A stretch of 64,000 nucleotides of DNA, taken from assembly GCA_046563655.1 (NCBI GenBank), contig CM102285.1:12772001-12836000 (forward strand). The letters run 5' to 3'. The stretch comes from Yuukianura sp. NJ FZ-2021. Taxonomy: Eukaryota. Positions 40,301 to 51,823 of the stretch are shown here, one piece after another. The translations under genes were made by a program, and so were the position numbers. Position 1 is the stretch's first letter; the number at the start of each line of letters is the position of its first letter. The notes beneath the pieces are model-generated. The model was not told the origin of the DNA, ran no database searches, and saw only the letters and a list, made by a program, of their open reading frames with translations.

Positions 40301-42407
40301 ATCCGTAATTTTCTTTAACTGAAAGGAATTTAAACTCCAAAGCATTTAGGCGTACTTCCAAACTAAAACTGCTAATGATTCAGCAGAATTCAAGTACAGA
40401 CTTACCTTGTAGTAGTATCAGTATTAACCTCAATTCAAAAGCAAGGTAGTTGGATCAACTTCTGACAATTTTGGAGAAGAAGCTAAAAAGAGTATCTGTT
40501 ACGGTTAGGTTAGAACAAAACTGTCAGTTTTTGGAAGCAGAGAAGTTCTTGAATAAATAATCCTTTCGTTCCGTCCCATCACTATTTAGCAAAAGAGAGA
40601 AACAAAATCCAAGGCCTAGAAAACGTTATAATTAAAATGCTACAACTTCCCTATAATTATCAACATTTCTCCAGTGCTTCTGGCATAAGTAAACAAAGTT
40701 CATTAGCACTTGGGTAGAGAGAAAGCAATTTAACTCTACCCCGTCAGTTTATTGAACCGAATTTGGGCCATGTCCAAATATTGAAACCTTCTCAATTGTA
40801 AAATTTTTCAAAAAAAGTTGTTCAAAAAAAGTTACTACCCTCACTCCTAAGCTTTCTCTCAGCTCAATCCGAAATCTATGAATTCAAGGTCTTTACCTTA
40901 AACCAACAAACGAGTTTTCCGGAGTTCCGTTTGTACAAAATTTCGAAAATCAAAGTCGGCTGGACACTAGTAATTATCAAATCGACAAAACGTTTTCGAA
41001 AGTATCGTAAATAGTTCAGGTTTTACTTACACTAGCCTGTCTAATACCAAGTACAGATCTATAGGCAATATACAAATTACTACTAATAGTTGAAATTCAA
41101 ATAATAAAAAGCAGAAAACCGGAAAATGCAGTTTTTGAGGTACTTTTGTTCAATATACAAACAGTTCATTCAGAAATACTGAAGGGAAAAAAGTTCTGAG
41201 GATGTTGGCAGTTTGATTACATGGAGAAAGTTTCCTGGAGGGCTCTTGAGACAAGTTCACATTATGCATCTTTAAAAACTACTCCTTCCAGTACATGGAC
41301 TTGGGAGGGAAACGACAAAAAGAAAAGCAAGTGGAAGTACGTTTTCATGTTAATAAATAATAAAAATAAAATAAAGCATTTCCTTAGGCTTTCTCCTCTT
41401 TCCGACTTATTTGTTTTGGAACTGGGCAGGAGAAAATAGTTTTTTCAAAACTGAAAAAAGTGAAGTTATTTTGAACTTTCCTCAACGGACTATTATGACT
41501 TGTATATCGTCAGATGAATTCCGAAAGAATTCATCTTCAAGGCATTTAAAAAAGTTTGGACAAGATTGTGGTGGAGCAGGTTGGAATCTAAGAAGTGAAA
41601 GTTCAAATATTTTCGACTTTCACTTTCAGTCTAAACGGAGGTTCGTAAAGAGTAAAACTGCTCAGCAGCATTCAATACTGCCCAACTTGCAATGAAAAGG
41701 AAATTACAAGGTACAGGCTTTTATAAGATTCTTTCGAATAGTAAATAAAACAAAGTTTTGGAGAATGTTTGTTGAGGGAGAAAGTTTTGGAGGTTTGTCA
41801 ATCAAACTTTGGAAAATGCCGTCAAAACCGGTTTTCATTTTGTTTTTATGTCGAAAGTTCTTTCTTTTTTCGACGGATATCGTCATGGACTGACATTCCA
41901 GATCTTGAAGCAATTTCGATAAATTTTTTTTCGACAAAAAAATTTCGACTAGAGGAACTAAAAACTCCAATTTCTTAAATTTCTTTAATAACGCTTTACT
42001 TCTGGGATTAATCTTTGGATTTAGATCATTCTTTCATCTAGAATTGTATCACATCAAAGTGTAATTATTGTCCAGGAATGTGTACAATTGTAGATGTTAA
42101 GCTTAAGTGAAAGTAAAGTTAAATTTGAATTTAAATGATAATTAGTCAATAAGTAATTAAATTAAACAAAACCAGATTACGACGCACAAGTTAAAGCTAA
42201 AACTGCTAATATGAAGCTAAACTTCGACAATGGGACAAAACGGGAATATGTTTAGCAAGATTCTGATCAAAGACTAGCACCAACATAGCTGGCTGCAAAA
42301 CTTACATCATATCGTTCACGGACGAAGTCGTTAAACCACCGGGTCTTGCTCGAGTCACAACAATTAATGCTAAATGAACGACTACTAAGGAGGCTAACGC
42401 TGTTACA

Positions 42408-43818
42408 CTACTTCTTAATCCCCAGCATATACTCCGCTACTCCAAAGAAGTAGACCATTTGTGCTATTCCAAACAGTGGAGCAATTACAATCATACGACA
42501 AGCACCACCTTTGAAGAAGGCCTTCGGACCTTCGTTCTTGAGTATCTTCCTAAAATATTAACAAGAATAGTTTAGCATTTTACACTTTCATTAGAATACT
42601 AATAAGTTACTTGCCTGAAAGCATCCAGGATTCCGTTGTAGACGACTTCTCCTTCGCCTTTCTTCAAAAGTTGAAGACGAGTTTTGACAACGTCAAATGG
42701 ATTCACAGCAAGAGCAGAAAATGAACCAGAAGCACAACCACAGATAAATGACCACCAGAAAACGGCTTCGTCCGACGTGGGAGACTAAACACCAAGATAA
42801 TTAGGTTAATTTACACCTTATTGAAATAAAGTTAACATTTAAGAATAACGATGACTTACTTTCCGAGGACCAAGTGAATTCAGCCGAGCAAACAGTGGGA
42901 AGTACACGACTGAGAAGGAGACGTCTCTCAGCATGGTAGCAGCAGTTCCTTTGTAGAGTCCTGTAATGCCTTTCGTTTTTAACAGATTCATGGCAATATT
43001 GGTGGCAGATACTTTCTGAACTGGAGCTGCTACACCACCAGCAGTGGCTGCAGTCAACTTGGCCTGTGCAGCGATTCGACCAGCATCTTGTAGTTGAATC
43101 TTCAACAGTTCCATGGGAGTTGTAATAACTATTTGGCAGAATCCAGCCGACCCACCTAAGCATTACAAACGTTGTAATGCATTCAAGAAATGTTAATTTA
43201 CAATAATACAATGCTTTAGAATAGTATCCTACCTGCCAGCATTTCTCGATGAACCGGTAGCTTTCCATCTTTCGTCTGTAAATGATGTCGGAAGAAGTCG
43301 TTCGCAGCTAGCTTAATTGCTTTCTCAGGTGTTATGAGCAAAATGTTGACACCCGAGCCACGGTACATTCCAAAATATCCTTCCGCACGATAAGTTTTAC
43401 GGAAACAATCCAACCTAAACCAACAATTCAGCGTTGTAGAATGCCTACTATTATTAGTACTTATTTAAAATACTAATTTTTCGTTGATCCTTACATTGAA
43501 TTGTACATTCGCTCCCCATTCGGCCCGATTTGCTGATTCTGAAGCCTGGTTTTGACTAGATCCAAAGGGAAGACACATGACACTCCAATGATACCAGCTA
43601 TGCCACCATTAATTATTTTTGGCAAGAGCCTGTAATCAGAGAATTCCAAAATTAATTCCAAGTCCGAATTATGAAGAATAATGTCGTATTTATGGGTGAC
43701 CTTTAGAAGGTCACCTTCTCAAAGACTCACTAAAAATTCTGTCTTACGCGAATTGCTTTTGCACAACCACCGGCTGCACAGCTACACTTCCCGAAGTCAC
43801 TTGAGTTGTCGTAGACAT
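42408..43818 (-). CDS. GC1: Mitochondrial glutamate carrier (SLC25A22/SLC25A18, GC1-like), multi-exon
   Basis: [121 protein letters not shown]; three carrier signature motifs; ATG 43818, stop 42408. Confidence 0.95.
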
Positions 43819-45394
43819 TTTAGGCGGCGGATGTCACCGGATAGCGGATACTTGCGGAAAGTGGATTAGACGACGGACGGTTGTTGTCAAGGTCAAAACG
43901 ATTCCACCTTGCCGAGGAGTGTGACACGACACAAACAGAATGACAGGATGAGATTCTCGTAGTCAGTGGTTGATTTCGAAGAGCAATGTGACACGGACAC
44001 CCTCCTCCGCCTCCGGCTCGAAGACGTCTGTCGGCCTCGCACGTGGGTTTCTAAAGTAAAGTAATTAAAAGCAAATTAGTGAATTTGAAGTAACAACTGA
44101 ATAAAGTTTAGGTTGAACTTAATTTGGAATTAGTGTCCCGCAAAAGTAATTAAGATAAAATAGAGTTCATGCTTAATAAGTGCTTTGCAGTTTGCCTTGC
44201 CAGTAACTTACTTGTGCAGTGTATTTTCCGTAACTCGAACGATCTTTAAGTAAAAAATTGAATTCCGGAGGACTCGAAGAACACAACCCCAAGATGCCAG
44301 TGACTAGTGACACAGAAAGAAGAGGAGAGATCAGCGAAGCTAAGATTTTTTAGAAAAATTTAAAAAATTTGATCTTTTTTTAAAATCCAACTCCTTCCAG
44401 CCTCTGCCGCCACCCAAATCAATAGAAATAGGAAAACTCACACAGCCACTCGTACGGACATTAGTTTTTTTTTTTATTACAGAACAGAATCTCCTATTCC
44501 ATTCCAATTCATCTCCACCTCGTGTGAAACCGGTTTTGCAAAATGACACATGATGCTACCCTGACAGAGGTCAAAAGGTCACTTACTGCCCAAGATTACA
44601 CAATTACTAGTTACTAGAAAAAAGCTTCACTTCAGGCAATATGAAATTAGGTTTTTAAGGATAGCGATGCATTTGAAAAAGTTCTTTGAATGTTGGATGC
44701 TAATTTAGTATTACTATTACTAAATATAAGTTAAGCTGAAGAAGCATTTATTCGCAAACTAATGACCTTTGACCTAGCGTACCTAAACTAAACAATTTTA
44801 GAATTCGTTGAATTCAATTTTTGAATTTTGGGAGTAAGTTCTATTCTATTTTGCTTATATCAAATTGACATTATCAATAATGCTTAGCTGCCTAGTGCCA
44901 ATCAACTATTAATTAACAACTAATCGATTAACAACAAGCAAAATCTTCTGCAAAATTAGGACAAATATAAATAGGACATCTTAAATATTTTTTTGAATTC
45001 TAGCAAATTGTAAAGAATGATGAACTGGATTAATTTTGAAACGTTACGGATTTTGAACTAAACAGTTTGCAAAACTTAATTCCCTTCAAACTTCATTATC
45101 TAAGCCGGAATTGGTAAGTGTTATAATTAAAGCGTATTAAATTTGACATAGAAAGCCACATTACCAACAGCACACTAAATGTGCGTACTATTATCGAATG
45201 TAGTGGATTTGCTATTTGTTAATCGATTGATGATGACATTACTTGAATCCGAATTTGGGCACGTAAGAGACGGTGACTGTGCAGAATGTCCTTCCGGTAA
45301 TGACCTTGAGTACTTTTTGGAATTCTAGAATTTAAAAAATAACCATTACTCTATTGACAGTGGAAGACCCGAAAAATATCGGTTTTTAGCAAAC

Positions 45395-46267
45395 TCACCA
45401 ACGTAAGGCCCTGGATCCAAGAACTTCGTCCAGACAAAGTGCCAGTTCCAAGTCAGTTTTGTTGACTGTTTTGCGTCGTCCATGATGAGCCATTGTATTT
45501 GCCACGAGAAACAATTTCTCCAAGTAGGCTTCAGCTACATCCTGCAAAATGGTTATGGCGTCCTTACCCCAACGGAAGTCTCCATAATCCTCTGCAATTG
45601 ACTTGACCAAGCGTTTGAACGGTGCCTTTGGTATTGAAAAGTCATCAACTTCCTTGCAGGTTCCGTCGCAGAAGAATAGTCTCTCTCTGTTAATTCTTGT
45701 GTCTCCCTCCTCGTCCAATAGTGTAGAGTTGAACGGAAGTTGCTGGACAGGAAAAATGGGTGATATTGGACTTGGACTGTGTTGTCCAGCAAGGAAGCTG
45801 GAGTAGCGATGTGTTGCGGGTTTCGGAGGTGGTTGGGCATTTGGAGCTGCTCCAGCAACTGGAGGAGATGGATGAAGAGCTGGGGGTGGCGGTGGAGATC
45901 CAAGAAACGTACGAGCTGGAGTTCTGACATTAGTAGGAGTCGTCGGTGCTGCTAGTAATTGACGAGGAATGGCTGGAGTGACATTTCGAGCAGTTCCGAC
46001 CGTTGGCTGTACTGGAAGAGGTAGGTTTGATGCGACGTTGCGAGGTAATCCAATGCTGGGGACTGTAGGAGCTCTCAATGGTGGAACACCGGGATTTGGT
46101 GCTGCAGCTATTGGCAACGGTGGCACACTAACGGCAGCATTCACTGCTGGTACTGGCGGCACACCACCTACGGCGGCGTTAGGTTGTGATTCAGATGCTG
46201 CTGTGTTCTGACCTTGACCGTTCCCCTTTTTTGGTAACCGGTATTTCGGAACCGATTTCCGAGCCAT
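45395..46267 (-). CDS. Intronless divergent histone H3-fold protein (cenH3/CENP-A-like or novel H3 variant), 290 aa
   Basis: C-terminal IPKAPFKRLVKSIAEDYGDFRWGKDAITILQDVAEAYLEKLFLVANTMAHHGRRKTVNKTDLELA aligns by eye with H3 [66 protein letters not shown]; long Pro/Ala-rich N-tail starting MARKS. Confidence 0.85.
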   Translation of the reverse strand: MARKSVPKYRLPKKGNGQGQNTAASESQPNAAVGGVPPVPAVNAAVSVPPLPIAAAPNPGVPPLRAPTVPSIGLPRNVASNLPLPVQPTVGTARNVTPAIPRQLLAAPTTPTNVRTPARTFLGSPPPPPALHPSPPVAGAAPNAQPPPKPATHRYSSFLAGQHSPSPISPIFPVQQLPFNSTLLDEEGDTRINRERLFFCDGTCKEVDDFSIPKAPFKRLVKSIAEDYGDFRWGKDAITILQDVAEAYLEKLFLVANTMAHHGRRKTVNKTDLELALCLDEVLGSRALRW

Positions 46268-46507
46268 TCTTGGTAGGAATGTCTCTCGTTAGCTCCGAAA
46301 CGACAACTCCGAAAATTCTAACACACTCACTCTGCAAAGGGCCAACTCCGCTCCCCAACTAAAGCTGATGTCATGATAATTTCCATTAGAAGGAGAGGTT
46401 AAAAAACTTGTGAAGGTGTCCTAGATTACAGTAATTTATCTGACATGACCACGATCTTTACAAAACAAAAGAAAAAAGATTAAAAACTTAAAAGTTATCC
46501 AAAGGTA

Positions 46508-48260
46508 TTATGTTAGAAGAACGTCTGTCATGGCATATTTCCATGTCCAGGTTCTCGCTTCGCGTTCAAAGGCCTTCCGATCTCTTTGCCTCAATCTTCC
46601 AATTGCCGGTTCCATACAGGGTTCACACGGGTCAGTGAGGAGACTTTGAATAGACAGTAGTGTTTGAGGGATAAACAAAGCCAGAGTCCAGTTATGTTGA
46701 ATACAGTCTATTCCAATATCTCCATGTCTAGAGATATTGGGATGATAAACTTTTGTAAGGAATCGAACAAGAGGTGGCTTCAAGGGGTAGCTGGAAGATA
46801 CAAAAAAATCAAACATTAACAAACATCTAATTATTATATGAAGGTCACAGGTCACCGAAAATGTACTTACTCATGAGGAATCTTAATATTGAGGTAGAAC
46901 ACACCACCTTGATAGGGACTTTGTGGTGGACCGATAATCCTTGCCAGCCAATTGTAATTGAGATGATCTAGTGGCATGGCTTCAATACCATCAGGATGAT
47001 CTGATGTCAACCACTTCAATTCCTTGGCAAGGCGAACGGAACGTAATGATCGAAATGGCAAGACCTGGTCACCGACTGCAGCCGAGATTGAAGGAATGTT
47101 CATTTTGATCCAACATGAGCAACATGACAAGCTTTCCAAGCTAAAAAAAAAGTTAAAATTCCAGTAAGTTCAGATTCACACCAGATTGAATAGCATTAAT
47201 GTTTGGGTTTTGAGAATCCTATTTGTAAACTTACAATGACACGAACACTTGATACCAATCCATCACTTCATAAATGGGACTGAACAGTGGCCACTTTTGG
47301 ACGACAAATGATCTCCAAGTTTCGTTCGGAACGAGTTCCAGAATAATTGATTTCCATCGAAGACGAGCTCTTGAAGCAAGCAGGAGAGAGACGGGATCTA
47401 GCTTCTGGAAAATCATTCTCCAGACTAAAAATTATATCGAATTGAAATTGAATACTGGCTGGTGTTGTGGTGTTTAGTCAATAAAAAAAATTCTTACTCT
47501 CGGGTGGCAGCATCGAGGTCAAGTCTACGTCAGGGGCCTTCTGGTATGTCGCCAACGGAGTAGTAAGTAAGTTTATACGACGTGTTGTTCTTTCCTGCTC
47601 ACGAGATTCTGAGGTGGAATTGATCGAAGGAAACACTTCATCCATCGGTGAGTTTTCCAACGTCTGATTTTTTGATCCTGATGCTACTGGAGTTGACCCT
47701 GGAGGCTCCTCCGAGCTGCTGCTCTGCTCGACCCTGTTTTCTCTGTGCATACTGGACGTATTTGGGACATCTATGGCTGGAAGCTCCGCGCTACATGCGT
47801 TTATCAAGTTTTCGTCCTGGACATTTTCGTTATGGTTATTCCTTGGGAAACGTGCAGCCGCTACAGTAGGTGGTGCGTCTTCTGATGGTTCGTCATTCCC
47901 AGAGTCTCCATCATCTTTCTAATCAATAATGAATTTCAAACAATTTATGTGTTTGATTGAATTACATTGAAACGCTAGTCAAAGAACTTACCTCAGTCTC
48001 TGTCTGAGATATGTAACCCCAATTTTGTTGCGAAAGTGATATATTAAAGTGTTCCACGTAGAGAAAATCATGACAAATTTCGCAGAGTGGATCCCCGATC
48101 GACGATCCATAATATCCTTCACAGTGATAACAAGCTTCCGCCTGCTAACAAAACAAACAGCATTCGATTATACAGCAAAAATTGTGGTGAAGAATTTGAA
48201 ATGATTTTTTACCGTGGAGTTCATATATTGCTTGTCAACTTGATCCGGATTCAATGACAT
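46508..48260 (-). CDS. morgue: Morgue ortholog: zinc finger + F-box + ubiquitin-conjugating enzyme variant, 6 exons, about 453 aa
   Basis: Exons 48260-48213, 48141-47992, 47918-47498, 47424-47235, 47140-46871, 46790-46508 (1362 nt). CYHC..CEIC finger; F-box LPPEIWRMIFQKLD; UBC fold GPPQSPYQGGVF..YPLKPP..HPNISRHGDIGID with Gly at the catalytic Cys position, the defining Morgue architecture. Confidence 0.92.
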
Positions 48261-48534
48261 TCTACTTGATTTGTTGATCGATTATTTGAGGAATAAAATT
48301 AAATCTTACTGTTATTTAATTAATTTAATATTGGCAATGGTATAAAAAGTAATCTGTTTAGTATCCACAGCACTCAACCCAGCAGGAATCCTGCTGCACT
48401 GCAGGACACTAGACTCTAGTTTTGTAAAGGCTAGCCAGGACCTGTGTTTGTGTAGCGACTTTGCGCTTACAATGGGTGGATACAAAGATGTCGTTAAACC
48501 TTGCCCCAACCGACCTGTTTGGTTTTGTCTTGAG

Positions 48535-48791
48535 GTCCGGCTAAACGTCGGATCCTCGAATTGCTCGGATTTCTAAGGTTTGCATATTGTTACGTTGGAT
48601 TCCTCGGATGATTTAGCATTTAGGTCGAACTCCTCGGGTTTTTAATAAACTACTAATTAGTCGCTCAAACTACCGATTTGAAGTCATATTTAAATGCCAA
48701 GAATTTAAAAACTTAATCTGGAGTCCGTGGATTGACTATATGCACCCCTCATACAAATCCGAGGAATCCGAAATCCGACGTTTAGCCAGAC
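48535..48791. mobile_element. MITE-like element with ~37-bp imperfect terminal inverted repeats
   Basis: gtccggctaaacgtcggatcctcgaattgctcggattt (48535) versus aaatccgaggaatccgaaatccgacgtttagccagac (ends 48791); 15-bp perfect core GGCTAAACGTCGGAT. No clear TSD. Confidence 0.65.
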
Positions 48792-48935
48792 ACCAACAAC
48801 GACCGCGCTAAGCGCTAAGTGCACAATTTTTCTCAACCGTTCCCCCTTCTTTCAGCAGCTTGGAGGACTTCTGATTTTGTTCATATTTAACTTCAAAAGT
48901 TTATTAAGAAAATTCATAACTCAACTTCTAAATAA

Positions 48936-49724
48936 ATGCAGAAATATCGGGAAGAGGCTAAAGAGAATCCAGGCACCCCGGTCGCTCTGGTGGGCAAGAT
49001 CAATTCACCCCACCTACTAGAGGACGGTGCTGGAAGCCCTCGAAAACCGTTGACCCCACGTCAAGTTAAACTGGAGAAGAAACGAGGAAACGGAAAGGAT
49101 GTCTGCTTGCTTCCCCGGATAAAATCGATTGATGGTACCGAAAATGGACTCAATTCTGAAATGTATCTACACGAAGGAGACCGATGTCTTAAGAAACCTG
49201 ATCAAGACCAAGAGCCTAACAGTCTGCAAGAAGCAAGCAAAAGTACAACTCAAACTGACCGAACTGACTTGGATCTCATCACTGGTGGTTAGTAGTTTCC
49301 AATACGGTACCGAGCAACCAAAGTCTGTTCTGTCCCTCCCTAGTCAGCAGCAGTGTCATTTGGTCTTTGTTCTAACCTCTATATCACTATTTTTTTTTGT
49401 AGAAATCGCACCACTGGAATATTACAAGCAATTGGCAGAGCGGCGGGGATTGGCGCTTGAGGAGACACTCATGGAAAACCAAATGCTCTGTGAAAGAATT
49501 GAGGCCCTGGAGGAAGAAAATCGCCAACTTGAAGAAATGTTGGAGGATGCCAAGACGTTGGCTGAAATGGTTAACGTAAGTACTGCTGCCCATTTAGTAA
49601 CTGAAAAAATACTCGTAATGTATTAAGCTAAGAACGAAATCTGACTCCATTCCAGGCGCTTAGCGACGCTGCCAATGATTCCGGGATAGTTCGGGATACT
49701 ACTTTCAATACCTCTATCGACTGA
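48936..49724 (+). CDS. geminin: Geminin, 3 exons
   Basis: Exons 48936-49287, 49403-49575, 49656-49724. D-box-like RKPL; DLI..EIAPLEYYKQLAERRGLALEETLMENQML coiled coil typical of the geminin family. Confidence 0.88.
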
Positions 49725-50054
49725 GTACGACGACATTCGATCCAGCGCTGCTGTCAGACTACTGAATGTGAGCTCTACGATTGCTAAGATAAGAACAGGA
49801 ATTGAATGCGAACTCGTTTTTGTAAATTTTTATACTATGATACCGCTGTTTTTACGTAAACTTCAGCTTCCATCTTCCTTTTAATCTACCTCTTAAATTT
49901 TCATTGTATTACAGTTAACATTTTTCTTAAATTGAATTAACATCTTTGAAGATGTTTAATTCCTGATTACATTAAGATTAAACGTTTCTTTTCTCTATTC
50001 CGATTAATTCTGAAGATGTTAATTTGGTTTTATTCTGGAGTCATACTTTAAATC

Positions 50055-51531
50055 TTAAAACTTCCAAGGCTCCTGAATAACAAGAATCCCCTCTGAACTT
50101 CTTCCGATTGTCAAATGATCTGGGTAAACTCCTTTCGGCAAGTCAACGTAAATTGACACCACTCTTGCTCCAGAAGCATACTTTTTATTTTCCTCCTTAT
50201 TCAAGTGAACTCCATCAACCTGGAAGTTAGGAATTGATTTCTAATTTATCATGATCAGTACCGATCCTCAGGGTTTATCAATCAAGTTCTATTTAGATTG
50301 TTACCGTAAGACGACTTCCATTGATGCGTAAAAAGATTTCATTGTCTCCGAATCCCTTCATATTTACAAGAGTGCAGAAACGACGAAATCCGGACGGGTC
50401 ATCTTTCGGGTCACTTTATCAATTGCAAACAGAAATTAACTTAATTTTTATAATTTACTTGCATCTTTACGGTTTTGTGTTACTGTAGGTCAGTCAAGGG
50501 AGCAAAGGAATTCGGAAAGTTGACACTCTCGTAAGATTTTCCCACAATCGTTTTTCCTCCGACGCAGTAAATCGGTGTATATCGTGGGTTATCCGCTTCT
50601 GGGCCAATCAAAACCTACAAAAACGCAACACTTTAGTTACTTTTAACTAATTAGTAATGAATAATGTAATGTTAAAATGGTATTTATTGAATTCTAGTAC
50701 ATTTTTCCGGGGAAGGACGAAACTATGTCTCCGATCATCCAGGAGTTCCTGACGTTCCAGTACCAATTTGAGCATGAACTCACACAGCAATCCCTTGTGA
50801 CTTTTGGGGTCAAATTCACTCAAACGACCTTGGGTCTGTGACTTCTCTTCATCATACAGATCCGAATAGAAAGCAAACGCATCTCTTCTGTTCTTCAGTG
50901 CTTCGTCACACAACTTCTTGACCAGAAGACGTTCCTGTTGTGTTTTTACTGGCAACTTCGTATTACATTGTCCATCTTTGCTCTGACTACAAATTGCTTT
51001 GGAGTTGGAGGAAACTGAGCCACCTTTGAAGAATCGTTCGGGGATCTTGTAGTTATAGAAGGGGTCACTGACGCTCCACTGTTGATTACTCCAGGAAGAA
51101 GGGATTCGACTCAAGCGGATTTGAGGTGTGTTGATTGTGGAATTAAACTGGCTTAGAAACGGATTGTACTCGCTTTTCCTGTTGCTCGACGGTGATGTAA
51201 TAGAGGATGACCGGAGATGCTTCGAAGTGTTACTTGGGCGACGACTGGGTCGGGATCTGGACCGTAGAGTGATTTTGGACAGCGTGTCATGTAGAGTTGG
51301 CAGAACTGTAGGAATGTCGACGGTTGACTTGTCATCTTGAGCTGACCCTACCGATGACATTGGCGTCTGGTTTTTGCTGGCGATAGGTGGTGTTGTTTGG
51401 GCAGAGGCTCCCAAAGGCGGGGATTTTGAACGACTTCTAAAACTAGCCAATGAGCGACTGCTCCTTCCACCGCCATTGCTTCCACTTGACCCTTGACCTT
51501 TGAAGAAGTGTCCACGCTGAGACGGAAACAT
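50055..51531 (-). CDS. Alpha-crystallin/HSP20-domain protein with a long Ser/Arg-rich N-terminal extension, 4 exons, about 411 aa
   Basis: Exons 51531-50701, 50614-50484, 50413-50305, 50219-50055 join in phase (1236 nt). Last two exons, too short for the ORF track, give FCTLVNMKGFGDNEIFLRINGSRLTVDGVH..YVDLPKGVYPDHLTIGRSSEGILVIQEP, matching the ACD pattern (GF..EI, LTVxGxH, LP..V, S.EGIL.I..P). Confidence 0.75.
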
Positions 51532-51823
51532 TTTCGCCAATCAATCTCTTCCCCTTAATTTAGTGAAGATTCTCCATAATCCGTTCCTCTGCCTGCCAAA
51601 GAAAATTTGACAGAAAAGAGCAACTTTTAACTTTGTTGGCTCAACGTAGCGACTCAAAAATAAATGTTTGGCAAACGTCGTTACGTTAACGGTTCAAATC
51701 AATTGAACTCATCAGTTTCTTTTTTCTCAGAGATTCAATTTCCAATTTATTTTAAATATTGAATAAGGACCGTACACAAAAGCAAGTATTGGCTTTGCCA
51801 AAATCAAACTACACACCACACAC

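Noticed and set aside
28321..41978. Many 60-120 aa ORFs in the ORF track
   Set aside because: Phe/Lys/Leu-rich translations of AT-rich non-coding DNA, many with non-ATG starts, no domains or consistent exon chains.
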